From Acidobacteriota bacterium (lineage in GTDB: Bacteria; Acidobacteriota; UBA890; WLXD01): a stretch of 64,000 bases of DNA. The stretch lies in contig CBDFKD010000002.1 of assembly GCA_965248695.1 (NCBI GenBank), forward strand, positions 1,440,001-1,504,000. The letters run 5' to 3'. Below are positions 27,602-38,500 of the stretch, piece by piece; the stretch's first letter is position 1, and every line of letters begins with the position of its first letter. The notes under the pieces are model-generated. The model did not search any database. It was not told where the DNA came from and saw only the letters and a list, made by a program, of their open reading frames with translations. A program made the translations under genes and the position numbers.

Positions 27602-28554
27602 CTTTGCGCGAAGAACTCCTGCAGGATGTCGATGACCTCGAGGGGGCGCTCCTCGTGCGGATAGTGCCCTGCCCCGTCGATCACCGCCACACGCTCGAGG
27701 CCCGGCGCACGCGCCTGCAACCCCAGATATTCCTCCAGCGGAATGAGCAGATCGCGCCCCCCGATGATGGCAATGACCGGAAAGCTCATGCGCGACCAGT
27801 CAGCTCGCGTGCGCTCGCCCAGCCGCCAATCATCCTCGATATCCAGATCGCGAAAGTAGCGCGCCATGGCAGCACGGACATCACCGCGACCAAAGGAGTC
27901 GATGTGGTGCTGGACGCGCTGCGCCGGCAGCGCCTCGATTCCTCCCGCGACCGTCAGGCCGAGCATCCGCTGCACGAAGAGCTCGGCGTTCAACATCAGC
28001 GCCCTGGCCGACTCGGGATCATTGTGCAGATCCCGCAGATCGGGCATGCGACTGAGGTCGTAGCGCTCGACCGGGGCACTGATGTGCGCGTAGCCGAGTA
28101 TCCGTTCCGGGTGTTCGCCGGCCATCCTGGCGCCGATCATGCCGCCCCAGTCGTGACCGGCGAGATAGAACCGATCGACGCCGATCTCTGCCAGCACAGC
28201 AGCCAGCTCGTCGGCCATCGCCGCGACGCTGTAGTCGCCGTCGGCTGTACCGGACCACCCTGCACCCTTGAGGTCGACCGCCAGTACGCGGAAGTCGGTG
28301 GCCAGCGTCTCGATGAGGTGGCTCCAGGCATACCAGCTCTCGGGAAAGCCGTGCAGGACCACCAGCGGCGGGCCCGAGCCCGACTCCACCCAGTGCCAGC
28401 GGTCGCCGCCGACGGTCGCGAACCGATGCACGGCGCCCGGGACGAGCGGCTCGGCATCACCATCCGCTGGGCCGCAGGCGACCGCTCCCCAGGCGACAAT
28501 CGCGAGGCAGACCACGGCCTGCCGACCGGGGCTCGACACCGATCTCAATCTCAA
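27598..28554 (-). CDS. Alpha/beta hydrolase, epoxide hydrolase/haloacetate dehalogenase-like, probable lipoprotein
   Basis: LHGFPESW, GHDWGG, GAGHYPHEERP; AVAC lipobox. Confidence 0.85.
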   Translation of the reverse strand: MRLRSVSSPGRQAVVCLAIVAWGAVACGPADGDAEPLVPGAVHRFATVGGDRWHWVESGSGPPLVVLHGFPESWYAWSHLIETLATDFRVLAVDLKGAGWSGTADGDYSVAAMADELAAVLAEIGVDRFYLAGHDWGGMIGARMAGEHPERILGYAHISAPVERYDLSRMPDLRDLHNDPESARALMLNAELFVQRMLGLTVAGGIEALPAQRVQHHIDSFGRGDVRAAMARYFRDLDIEDDWRLGERTRADWSRMSFPVIAIIGGRDLLIPLEEYLGLQARAPGLERVAVIDGAGHYPHEERPLEVIDILQEFFAQR

Positions 28555-29117
28555 TCTGATGCCCGACAGTCGAGTGTGACCACGTCACCATCGAAATACA
28601 GTGCGCGGTTCAAGAAAGGAACCAGCGTGACCACAAGGCCGGCGACGTACAGCGCCCGACGGTCCATCACCCCGCGGGTAAAGTGCCCTATGGCACCGCC
28701 CTTGTGCTTGCTGTTCTGCTGCCCGGTCAGCTCGTCCATCACCAGGCCGAGCTCGTGTCCCGCCAGCACCCGCCGGGCGACTTCCGGCGGCAGCTCGAAG
28801 TACGGCGAGCTACCCAGGGCCTCGTGGCCCTGCTGGTCGACGACACACATTCCACCGAATGCAAAGACGCGCCCCGCTTGCTCGACGATTCCACCTTCGA
28901 TGCCGACGAAATAGTCGGCCCGGTGGGCCTCGTCGACTGCCCGAAGCGCCCGGGCACGGTGGCGGGCCCCGAACAACGTCTCGTCGTTGATCGGTTGGTC
29001 GGGCACCTCCGACGGCACCGCGATACCCAGCACCTCGGAGATGTCGAAGAACAGCCCGAAAGCCTCTTCCACGGCGCCGCGCTTCACCGGGTTCTCGGAG
29101 CCGACGAGAACTTTCAC
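28551..29117 (-). CDS. yjjX: Inosine/xanthosine triphosphatase (YjjX/DUF84)
   Basis: GSENPVK, SEVPDQP, GARHRA, VGIEGG, GAIGHFT. Confidence 0.9.
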   Translation of the reverse strand: MKVLVGSENPVKRGAVEEAFGLFFDISEVLGIAVPSEVPDQPINDETLFGARHRARALRAVDEAHRADYFVGIEGGIVEQAGRVFAFGGMCVVDQQGHEALGSSPYFELPPEVARRVLAGHELGLVMDELTGQQNSKHKGGAIGHFTRGVMDRRALYVAGLVVTLVPFLNRALYFDGDVVTLDCRASD

Positions 29118-29605
29118 GAGCCGCCCGACGGCGACTTGGCACGAACGAAATCCAGCCGGTTGCCGCTCGGGAAGAACAGCGTCAGGGCATCCGCTTCGAC
29201 CGCCACACGGGCCGCTTCGGTCACTGCCTCTTCCGGCCGCCGCGCCGTCATTCGCAGCGGGGCTTCAGCCAGACCCGCCATCGCGTCCCCGACCGACAGG
29301 TTGAGCTCGTGGAGAAACGTGAGCCGGTCGCCATCGAGCTGATACGTGCCGCCTTCGGCCGAGCCCCGACGTGGACCGCCCGACGAATCGATCACGAAAA
29401 ACAACACCTGCCAGTGTCCGGAGTGAAAGAAGATGCGGCCGCGCACCGGATGGCGGCTGCCGTCCGCGAGCAGGTATGTGTGGGCGTTCCACGCGCCCTC
29501 GATACGCGCCTGGCCGGCGCCCGGCGACGCCTCCGACAACCCTGTGTGACCCACCGCGACAAGCAACGTCAGCGGCAGCACCAGTCGTAGCATCGTTCGT
29601 CCCAT
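29114..29605 (-). CDS. Hypothetical secreted beta-barrel (lipocalin-like) protein
   Basis: Signal peptide, IEGAW, GTYQLDGDRLTF; overlaps the yjjX start. Confidence 0.6.
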   Translation of the reverse strand: MGRTMLRLVLPLTLLVAVGHTGLSEASPGAGQARIEGAWNAHTYLLADGSRHPVRGRIFFHSGHWQVLFFVIDSSGGPRRGSAEGGTYQLDGDRLTFLHELNLSVGDAMAGLAEAPLRMTARRPEEAVTEAARVAVEADALTLFFPSGNRLDFVRAKSPSGGS

Positions 29606-29658
29606 CCGCCACCTCCGAACCTCTACAATATTCACACCCTCTGAAGCGAGTGTTCCTG

Positions 29659-29982
29659 ATGCAATTGCAGACACGAATCGAAAGCAAGCTACGCGACGCG
29701 CTCAGCCCCGACCGGCTCGAAGTCGTCAACGAGAGCGGCATGCACAATGTGGCGCCGGGATCCGAGACGCACTTCCGCGTCTTCGTGGTATCGGCCGCGT
29801 TCGACGGCCAGACTCTGGTGCGGCGTCACCAGCGCATCTACCAGCTGCTCGACGCCGAGCGACGCGATGGCATCCACGCGCTCGGGATCCAGACGATGAC
29901 GCCGGAGGAGTTCGCCGCGACCGAAGCAGCACGGGTGGAGTCGCCACCGTGCCTCGGCGGCGACGGCACGATCGAGACCTAG
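29659..29982 (+). CDS. bolA: BolA family protein
   Basis: LEVVNESGMH...SETHFRV.VVS..F.G...V.RHQ.IY...IHAL. Confidence 0.93.
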   Translation: MQLQTRIESKLRDALSPDRLEVVNESGMHNVAPGSETHFRVFVVSAAFDGQTLVRRHQRIYQLLDAERRDGIHALGIQTMTPEEFAATEAARVESPPCLGGDGTIET

Positions 29983-30003
29983 GTGCCGCCGCCCGCGCCA
30001 CGC

Positions 30004-30588
30004 TCAACGCTTGCCGAAGAGTCCCCCGAGCAGGCTCGCTCCCATGCGCAAGACGTCGTCTGTCGCGTCGCCGTCGCCGTCGGCATCAAGGAGCTGTCCC
30101 AGCATCCCGGGCGCCTGACGCTCGACACGCGCCTGCTCGCCGGAGAGCATCCCCGCCAGTCCCTCGGCATCGAGACCCTGCTGACGCTGCTGTCTGCCGA
30201 GCATGCCCATCACGATCGGCGCCAGCAGAGGTAACAACCGGGCGATCGTTCCGGCATCGAGACCGCTGGAGCGGCTGACGCCCTGCTCCACCGCGCCACG
30301 ACCGTTGCCGAGAACGTGACCGAGGATCCCGTCGCCGGCGCCCGAACCGCCGCCGAGCAACCCTCCGAGGTCATCGAGCACGCTACCGTCATGGTCACGC
30401 TGCAGAGCGCTCGACAGCGACTCGGCACCGCCCGGCGCCGCCGCATTCCGTGCCAGGGCGCCGACCAGCGCGGGCAACGCCGCGCTCACCGCGCGTCCGG
30501 TGGCGTCCTCGTCGGAGCCGAGCTGACGAGCAAGGTCAGTGACCAGGCCACCGCCTGCTTGCTGGGCGAGCATTTCCAGTAGTGACAT
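30004..30588 (-). CDS. DUF937 family protein
   Basis: HDGSVLDDL, GDGILGHVLG, LLPLLAPIVMG, LDADGDG EF-hand-like tail. Confidence 0.85.
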   Translation of the reverse strand: MSLLEMLAQQAGGGLVTDLARQLGSDEDATGRAVSAALPALVGALARNAAAPGGAESLSSALQRDHDGSVLDDLGGLLGGGSGAGDGILGHVLGNGRGAVEQGVSRSSGLDAGTIARLLPLLAPIVMGMLGRQQRQQGLDAEGLAGMLSGEQARVERQAPGMLGQLLDADGDGDATDDVLRMGASLLGGLFGKR

Positions 30589-30711
30589 CGAAGTCCTCTC
30601 TCTGGTCAGCTGGGGGAAGGTCGTGCAAAAGGCAGCGAATCGCACCAGCGCTCGAGGCGCAAGCCGCGGTATTCTCTGCGACACGTTGTCGGAAACCCGA
30701 GGAGAAGCGCC

Positions 30712-31614
30712 TTGCGAACCGTCACCTCGAAGCTGGTCATGTTGCTGGCATGTGCGGCAGCGGCGTTCGCCCCCGCCGCCATCGGGAGCCAGGCGGCACC
30801 GGGAACCGATATCTTCCTGGCCGATCTGGATCTCGTGACGAGCCCGCCGACCGTAGGTCCGCCGCGAAATCTCACCAACCGCCTGGGGTACGACAACCAG
30901 CCTCATTTCGAGCCTGAGGGCAGTGGCCTGCTCTACACTTCGCAGCGCGGCGAGCAGACCGACATCTTCCGCGTCGATCTGCCATCAGGGGAACACTCAC
31001 AGATCACCGCCACCGCGGAGTCGGAGTACTCCGCCAGCGTCGTGTGGCCGGACCATGAAGAAATGTCGGTGGTGCGCGTCGAGTCCGACGGGAGCCAACG
31101 ACTGTGGGCCTTTCAACGTGACGGCACCTCGCCGCGACTGATCCTTCCGGACGTCGCCCCGGTCGGCTACCACGCCTGGAACCGGTACGGGTCACTGATC
31201 CTCTTCATCCTCGGGGAGCCACCGACGGTGCAGCTCGCGAACCTCTACGACGACTCCACGAGGACGGTCGCCCAGGATGTCGGACGCTCGCTGCAGGCGC
31301 GCCACGACCCCGACTTCTTCAGCTTTCTACACCGTGACGGCGATCACTGGGAGATCCGACTCGTGGACCCCGGCAACGGGGCCATGTTCGAGCTCGTCGA
31401 AGCTCTGCCGGGGAGCGAGGATCTGGCGTGGACTCCCGACGGTCGCATGCTGATGGCGGCGGGCTCGAGGCTGTTCATCCGTGACCCGTTCAAGGACGAC
31501 GACTGGATGCCGGCGGCGGATCTCTCGGCGGCGGGATTGACGTCGATCACCCGGTTGGCGGTAAGTCCGTCCGGCGATCAGCTCGCGCTGGTGGCTGAGG
31601 ACACTCACGACTGA
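30712..31614 (+). CDS. Secreted TolB-like (PD40) beta-propeller protein
   Basis: GYDNQPHF, AWTPDG, AVSPSGDQLA; signal peptide. Confidence 0.78.
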   Translation: MRTVTSKLVMLLACAAAAFAPAAIGSQAAPGTDIFLADLDLVTSPPTVGPPRNLTNRLGYDNQPHFEPEGSGLLYTSQRGEQTDIFRVDLPSGEHSQITATAESEYSASVVWPDHEEMSVVRVESDGSQRLWAFQRDGTSPRLILPDVAPVGYHAWNRYGSLILFILGEPPTVQLANLYDDSTRTVAQDVGRSLQARHDPDFFSFLHRDGDHWEIRLVDPGNGAMFELVEALPGSEDLAWTPDGRMLMAAGSRLFIRDPFKDDDWMPAADLSAAGLTSITRLAVSPSGDQLALVAEDTHD

Positions 31615-31641
31615 AACGTCGACCGCGCGGGTGCTGTCAGC

Positions 31642-32397
31642 CTAGCTCGCGTGGGCCCGCGCAAGTTGCGAGAAGCCGGCCACCCCGAGCCGCTCGAGCA
31701 CCGCCTCCAGGCCGCAGATCACATCGCACTCCGCCGGAACATGGCCGGCATAGCGTTCGCTGCGGTCGAGCAGGATCGCCTCCATACCGACGCCACGAGC
31801 TGCCTCCCAGTCCTTGCGGAGGCTATCGCCTACGTGCAACGTCTGCGCCGCCTCGACATCGAGCTCGGCCAGGGCGCGCTGGAAGATCCCGGCGTCGGGC
31901 TTGGCGACGCCGGCGCGCGAGGAATACACCAACGAGTCGAACCAGATGCTCATGTTGAGCGCCAGCAGCACATCTTCGATGCGTGAGTCGAAGTTGGACA
32001 CGACGCCCAGCTTGTAACCCGCCGAGCGCAGCAGGCACAGCACCGATGCAGCTTCGCGATACGGCTTCCAGCCCTCGGCACCACGATAGAGCGAATAGAG
32101 CTCGGTGAAGAACTCGCCGAAATCGTCGACGCCTTGATCGGCGGATTCGACGACGCGATCGACAAGCGTGCGCCACCAGCGATGCTCGCGCTCTTTGAGC
32201 TCCGCATCGGGCATGGGAGAAAACGCCAGCGGCGGCATCGAGGGAAACACGGCGAAAAATGCTGCTTCGATCGCCGCCGTCGACAGCTCGGCGCCGTGCC
32301 GACGGGCAACTGCTGCGTACGTCTCGCCAACCGGGAAGCGCACCTTCACGAGCGTTCCGCGTGCGTCGAACGTGACCGCTTTGATGACGTCTTTCAT
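31642..32397 (-). CDS. HAD-IA hydrolase (REG-2/HDHD3-like)
   Basis: FDARGTL, VVSNFD, KPD, HVGDSLRKD. Confidence 0.88.
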   Translation of the reverse strand: MKDVIKAVTFDARGTLVKVRFPVGETYAAVARRHGAELSTAAIEAAFFAVFPSMPPLAFSPMPDAELKEREHRWWRTLVDRVVESADQGVDDFGEFFTELYSLYRGAEGWKPYREAASVLCLLRSAGYKLGVVSNFDSRIEDVLLALNMSIWFDSLVYSSRAGVAKPDAGIFQRALAELDVEAAQTLHVGDSLRKDWEAARGVGMEAILLDRSERYAGHVPAECDVICGLEAVLERLGVAGFSQLARAHAS

Positions 32398-32491
32398 AGC
32401 CTGATCTTCGGCGCGAGCCATGCGGATCAGCGGACGGGGTTGGCTCGTCCGGGCGCCGCGCTCCGTAATCGTAGCGGCTCGGCGCTGTGGT

Positions 32492-33541
32492 TCAACCCGA
32501 CTCGCTGTTCAGATTGGTCCGCATGATGGCGGCGTGCGGGCCGTCAAGAACCCTTTCGAGCGAGAACACGTCGCCGCCGGGACCGGGATGCCGAGTCAGC
32601 ACGCCGTCGACGCGGGCGCGATCTTCGGCGTCGAGCTGCAGGTCGAGGGTACGTACCAGGTCGGCAAGGTGGTCGGCGTTGCGGGCACCGACGATCGCCG
32701 CCGCCACCCCGGCTCGATCCAGTACCCATCGGGTCGCAACGTTCGCGATCACAGTCTGGTGGCGCTCGGCGATATCGGAAAGCACCTGCAACAGCTGCTG
32801 AAACGCCCCCCAACCGCCGAAGTCGTCGATGATGAGCCGATACTTCTCGAGCGATCGATTGCTCCAGGGAGGGCTCGGCTCCGGCGCGTCCAGCCAGTGT
32901 CGCGAAAGGAATCCGCCGGCCACGGTGCCGTAGCACAGCAGCGCCATGCCGTTGTCAGCGCCGTGAGCGACCAATCCATTCTCCGGACGGCGGTCGAGCA
33001 CCGAGTACTGCACCTGATTGCTGCACAGCCGGATGCCGGCAGCAGCGAGCTCTCTGAGGTGGGCGACGTCGAGGTTGGTCGCCGCCAGCAGGCGGATCTT
33101 GCCGGCCCTCTGCAAATCGCAAAGCCAGCCGGCGGTGTCCAGGACCCCGGGAACGGAGTCGTCCCACCAGTAGAACTGCACCAAGTCCAGGCGCTCCGCC
33201 CGCAGCCGCAAGAGCGAACGATCGATGATGCGCTCGACGTAGGCACGGTCCATGGTTGCGAGAGCATCGCGATCGGGCACGAACTTCGTGTGTACGCGGA
33301 TTCGCGAGGCGCCGCCTGCCAGCCTGCTGCGAAGTTCGCCCAGCAGCTCCTCGACACCGGTGTAGATATCGGCGCAATCGAAGGTACAGAACCCTGCGTC
33401 GACGAGCCGTTCGAGGTCAACGAGAACGCGCCGCCGATCCCCGGCGCCGTTGGGCGTATGCCCGGCGGAGAGTTGCCATAGGCCGATGATGATCGGCGGT
33501 ACGGCGTACCCGTCGGCAAGCTCGACGTGCGGTTCTCTCAT
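32492..33541 (-). CDS. Aldo/keto reductase
   Basis: FDCADIY, VHTK, LDLVQFYWW, QVQYSVLDRRP, IVGAR. Confidence 0.9.
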   Translation of the reverse strand: MREPHVELADGYAVPPIIIGLWQLSAGHTPNGAGDRRRVLVDLERLVDAGFCTFDCADIYTGVEELLGELRSRLAGGASRIRVHTKFVPDRDALATMDRAYVERIIDRSLLRLRAERLDLVQFYWWDDSVPGVLDTAGWLCDLQRAGKIRLLAATNLDVAHLRELAAAGIRLCSNQVQYSVLDRRPENGLVAHGADNGMALLCYGTVAGGFLSRHWLDAPEPSPPWSNRSLEKYRLIIDDFGGWGAFQQLLQVLSDIAERHQTVIANVATRWVLDRAGVAAAIVGARNADHLADLVRTLDLQLDAEDRARVDGVLTRHPGPGGDVFSLERVLDGPHAAIMRTNLNSESG

Positions 33542-33546
33542 CGTCT

Positions 33547-33891
33547 CTACTCGTTGCGCAAGGGGGTCGCAGTAACGTCCTGGTGACGGAATGTGGTGCG
33601 ACCTTCGCGCGTGATACGGAAGCGACCGCCGCATAGAGGATCCGGACAGGCAACTTCCATGTCGGTGGTCATCCAGTCATTCGGATGCGTATCGCGCTGC
33701 TTGGCTGGGAGCAGCGGCAACAAAGCCGCCAGCGAATAGATAGGAAATGTCTGCCCGGCGGGAAGCGACAGGTTCTCGCCCCGTAGCTCGAAGTAGTCGC
33801 CGACCCGATGGGCGCAGACCATCGGTCGGTCGCCGGCCACCACCTCGATCCGCAGATCGAACAGGGTGAACTCGTCGTCGTGCTGATTCAT
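33547..33891 (-). CDS. TIGR04076-family small protein
   Basis: MVCAHRVGDYF, LLPLLPAKQR, ACPDP.C.GRFRI. Confidence 0.78.
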   Translation of the reverse strand: MNQHDDEFTLFDLRIEVVAGDRPMVCAHRVGDYFELRGENLSLPAGQTFPIYSLAALLPLLPAKQRDTHPNDWMTTDMEVACPDPLCGGRFRITREGRTTFRHQDVTATPLRNE

Positions 33892-33974
33892 GCTGGCCCC
33901 TCTCACTTCCGTTAAGGTCTCTCGCGGGCGATGGGAACACTCTGATGGATCTGGTTACGCTGCCGGGAGCGTAG

Positions 33975-35366
33975 ATGCAAGAAGCCGAGCAAGAAGCGGA
34001 GCGACAACCCGGACCGCTCCGGTTCTTCGGCGGCAGTGCTGGAGCGCTGGCGCCGTTCGTCGTGTTTCTTGCCGGTGTCACCTGGCTGGGCCTGTCTGGA
34101 GCTCCCGACGAACGGGGGCTTTGGCCGGTGCTGATCGCGGCCATCTTCGCCGCGTTGCTGCTGGCGCGCGACCGCGATCGCTACTGCCGCACGTTGCTAG
34201 GCGGCATGAGCCAACCGATTGTCATGCTCATGCTGATGGCCTGGATGCTCGCCGGCATTCTCGGCACGTTGCTCACCGCCGGCGGCGTCGTGGACGCGCT
34301 CGCCGGCGTGGCACGGGCCAGCGGCTTCCAGGGCGGAGCCTATGCCGCAGCCGCCGTCGTCGTTTGCTGCCTGTTGTCCGCCGCCACCGGGACCAGCCTG
34401 GGGACGCTGATTCTGTGCATGCCCGTGCTCTACCCGATGGGTGCGGCTCTGGGGGCCGATCCGACAATGCTCGCCGGTGCGATCATTGGCGGCGCCACCT
34501 TCGGCGACAACATCTCTCCGGTATCGGACACCACGATCGCCTCGGCAACAACGCAGGGGGCGGAGATCGGCATCGTAGTGCGCTCGCGCCTGCGCTACGC
34601 GCTGCCTGCAGCGGCGATTGCATTGTCCGGCTACGTGATCCTCGGCGGCCAGGGGAGCCCGCCCGGAGGGACTTCCGGGGCCCTGCACAGCGCCGCACCG
34701 CTCGCCCTGCTGGCGGCCCCGCTGCTGGTCTTCATACTGTTGCTGCAACGGCGCCATCTGGTCGAGGGTTTGCTGGTCGGGATCGCTGTGGCGCTGGCAA
34801 CAGGGTGGATCACCGGCTTGATCCGGCCGGCCGAAGTGCTGCAGATCGATCCGCAGGGGTTTGCTGCCGGCGGGCTGGTCGTGGACGGCATCGAACGCGC
34901 CCTGGGTATCTCTGTCTTCACACTGCTGCTGATGGGATTGGTAGCCGGTATCGAGGCCAGCGGCCTGCTCGATCGTCTGGTGCAAGCGGCGCGGCGATCG
35001 GCACAAACGCAGCGCGGAGCGGAGACCTGGATCTTTGCGACGGTCTCCGGTGCGGTGATGCTCACGACCCACTCGGTGGTCGCCATTCTCGCCGTCGGCC
35101 CTTTCGCCAAGCAGACTGGCGAGCAACTCGGGGTTGGGCCGACCCGCCGCGCCAATCTGCTCGATACCACCGTGTGCACCTACCCGTTCCTGTTCCCGTG
35201 GTTCATTCCCACCATCCTGGCCGCCTCGCTGACCGCGTCTGGGTCGACAACCGGCATGCCGCGTCTGAGCGCGCTGCAGGTAGGCCTCGCCAACCTGCAC
35301 TCATGGGTGCTGCTGCTGGTCGTGCTGCTGGCGGTCTTCGGAGGCTACGGTCGCCGCGACGAGTAG
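33975..35366 (+). CDS. NhaC-family ion/solute antiporter
   Basis: ATGTSLGT, GAIIGGATFGDNISPVSDTTI. Confidence 0.88.
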   Translation: MQEAEQEAERQPGPLRFFGGSAGALAPFVVFLAGVTWLGLSGAPDERGLWPVLIAAIFAALLLARDRDRYCRTLLGGMSQPIVMLMLMAWMLAGILGTLLTAGGVVDALAGVARASGFQGGAYAAAAVVVCCLLSAATGTSLGTLILCMPVLYPMGAALGADPTMLAGAIIGGATFGDNISPVSDTTIASATTQGAEIGIVVRSRLRYALPAAAIALSGYVILGGQGSPPGGTSGALHSAAPLALLAAPLLVFILLLQRRHLVEGLLVGIAVALATGWITGLIRPAEVLQIDPQGFAAGGLVVDGIERALGISVFTLLLMGLVAGIEASGLLDRLVQAARRSAQTQRGAETWIFATVSGAVMLTTHSVVAILAVGPFAKQTGEQLGVGPTRRANLLDTTVCTYPFLFPWFIPTILAASLTASGSTTGMPRLSALQVGLANLHSWVLLLVVLLAVFGGYGRRDE

Positions 35367-35550
35367 GCCTATGTGGGTGCGCGCCCAGACGCCACGCTCG
35401 GACATCCGACGTAGTCGAGCGCTGGCAGGCTCGCGCTTGACCGCATGGACCATTCTCGGTTGACTTACCCGACCGTACGGCCCGCTTGTGGCCCGAGCGG
35501 CGGCGGCAGCCGCGCCGCGCCAGCTCGCCAGCAAACTCCAGGAGAGTCGC

Positions 35551-38500
35551 ATGCAGCCATATCAGCGTACCGCCAGTGTCCTTGTCGTGATCTTCGTGCT
35601 CGCCACCCTTGCGACGCTCTCGACATCACCGGCATTTGCCCAAGGTAGCCATCGCGATCTGCAGGAGGATCAGGCCAACGTCATCGTCGATCCCGCGTAC
35701 CTCGAAGGCCTGGAGTACCGGTCCTCCGGCTTCGCCCGCGGCGGACGGTCGACCGCCGTGACCGGCGTCATTGGAGACCCGCTGACCTACTACTTCGGGA
35801 GTACTGGCGGCGGCGTCTGGAAGACCAGTGATGCCGGCAACAACTGGACCAACATCAGCGACGGCTTCTTCGGCGTCGGCGCCATCGGGTCCATCGCGGT
35901 GGCGCCTTCCGATCCGAATGTGCTCTACGCCGGAACCGGATCCGGTTGCCCGCGCGGCAACGTCTCCAACGGAGACGGCATCTATCGGTCGACCGATGCC
36001 GGCAAGACCTGGAGCCACATCGGGCTCGACCACGCCGGGCAGATCCCCAAGATCCGCGTCCATCCGAACAACCCTGACGTCGTCTACGTGGCAGCGCTCG
36101 GGCACATCTTCGGCCCCAACGAAGATCGCGGCGTCTTCCGCTCCACCGACGGAGGCGCTACCTGGGACAAGGTGCTCTACATCGACGAGGCGACGGGCTT
36201 CAACCAGGTGGCCATGGACGTCAACAACCCGCGCATCCTTTACGCCGCTGCCTGGCGCGTCGAGCGCAAGCCTTGGACGCTTATCTCCGGCAACGACAAG
36301 GGCGGTATCTGGAAGAGCACCGACGGCGGGGATACCTGGTCGCAGCTCGGCGGGGGGTTGCCTACCGGTCTGGTGGGCAAGATCGACGTGACCGTTTCAG
36401 CAGCCAACTCCGATCGTCTGTGGGCACTCATCGAGGCCGAGGGAGCGCTCGGTGGCGTGTATCGCTCCGATGATGCGGGCGACAGCTGGCGCCGCATCAA
36501 CAGCGCTGCCAACCTGCGCCAGCGGCCTTGGTACTACACCCACATCTACGCCGATCCGAAGGACGAGAACACCGTCTACGCGCTCAACACCGGTGTCTAT
36601 CGCTCGATTGACGGTGGCACCAGATTCAACCAGCAGATCAGTGTGCCCCACGGCGACAACCACGACCTGTGGATCAATCCGGATTCGCCCGAGATAATGA
36701 TCAACGCCAACGATGGCGGCGCCAACGTGTCGTTCAACGGCGGCGCGTCGTGGTCTTGGCAGATGAACCAGCCGACGTCGGAGATCTATCGTGTCTTCGT
36801 CGACAACGACTGGCCGTACCGAATCTACGGCCCACAGCAAGACAACAGCACGATCTCGGTGCCCAGCGTGGCCCGCGGCGGCTTCGGCAGCGTGTTCCCC
36901 GACTGGTATCCCGTCGGCGGTTGTGAGTCCGGCCATATCGCCATCGACCCACGCGACAACTCGGTGACCTATGCCGGCTGCTATGGCGGCGCGATCTCGC
37001 GTGTGGATCGCAGCACCGGCTCGTCGCGTCAGATCCTCACCTACCCGCAGCTGCAACTGGGTCAGGCGGCGCGCGACCTCAAGTATCGCTTCCAGTGGAA
37101 CGCACCGATCCGACTCTCGCCTCATGATCCCGATGTCGTTTACCACACCTCGCAGGTCGTACATCGCACCCGCGATGCGGGCCAGAGCTGGGACGTAATC
37201 AGCCCCGACCTGACCACCGACAATCCCGAAACACAGGACTACGCCGGCGGGCCGATCAGCCATGACTCGACTGGCGTCGAGGTCTACAACACGATCTTTG
37301 CGTTCGAGGAGTCGCAGCACACGCCAGGCCTGCTGTGGTCGGGCTCCGACGACGGCAAGATCCATGTATCACGTGACGACGGCGCCAACTGGACCGACAT
37401 CACCCCCGACAACATGCCGCCCGGCGGCACAGTCAATGTCATCGACCTGTCGGCGCACGATCCTGGCCGCGCCCACGTAGGCGTGTACCGCTATCGCGAG
37501 GGCGACTTCCGGCCCTACATCTTCCAGACCACCGATTACGGTGACAGCTGGCGACTGCTAACCGACGGTAGCAACGGCATTCCCGCCACCAACTTCGTCC
37601 GCGCGGTCCGCGAGGACCCTGTGCAACAGGGCCTGATCTTCGCGGGCACCGAGTACGGGATGTTCGTGTCATTCGACGACGGTGCCCACTGGCAGACCCT
37701 CCAGTTGGACCTACCGGTAACGCCGGTCACCGACCTGCAGATCTATCGAGGAGATCTGATTGTCTCGACGCAGGGTCGCGGCTTCTGGATTCTCGACGAC
37801 ATGACCATGCTTCGTGAGCTCGACGAGGCCGCGAGAGCCGACGGCAACTACTTGTTTGCGCCGCGCAAGGCCTACCGCGCGGGCAACTTCGGTCCCACTC
37901 GGATTCGCTTTCACCTTGCTCAGGAGCCCGAGGGTGACGTCACGCTTACCATCCTCGACGCCGACGGTGAGGTTATGGAGGAGGTCATAGGGCAGGCGGG
38001 TGCCGAAACGCCGTTCGCGGGAGGCGGTGGATTCTTTGCCCAGTTTGGAAGCGGTTCTGCTTTTCTGCCGGCCGAGGAAGGCCTCAACACTTTCATCTGG
38101 CGCTTGCGGGAGGAGGGGCCGGACATGCCCGACGACGTCACGCTGTGGGGCTTTGCCCCCGGCCGACCGGTACTGCCCGGAACCTATACGGTCCGTGTCG
38201 CGAGTGGCGAGTGGAGCCAAGAGCAACAGATCGTCGTCGACATCAACCCGAAGCCCGGCCTGAGCCACGAGGATCTGCGCCTGCAACACGAGTTTCTCGG
38301 CGACGTCGCCGGGGCCATCGACGAGATGTACGACGGTTTGCGCAGCCTGCGCGACATCAAGAAGCAGAGTGCTGAGGTGGTGGAGCAGCTAGGCAGAGCC
38401 GACATCGACAACGAAGAGATCACCGCGGCGCAGGAATCGATGGCCGACAAGCTCACCGCAATCGAGGAGCAGATCACACAGGTCAAGAGCAGGTCGAGCC

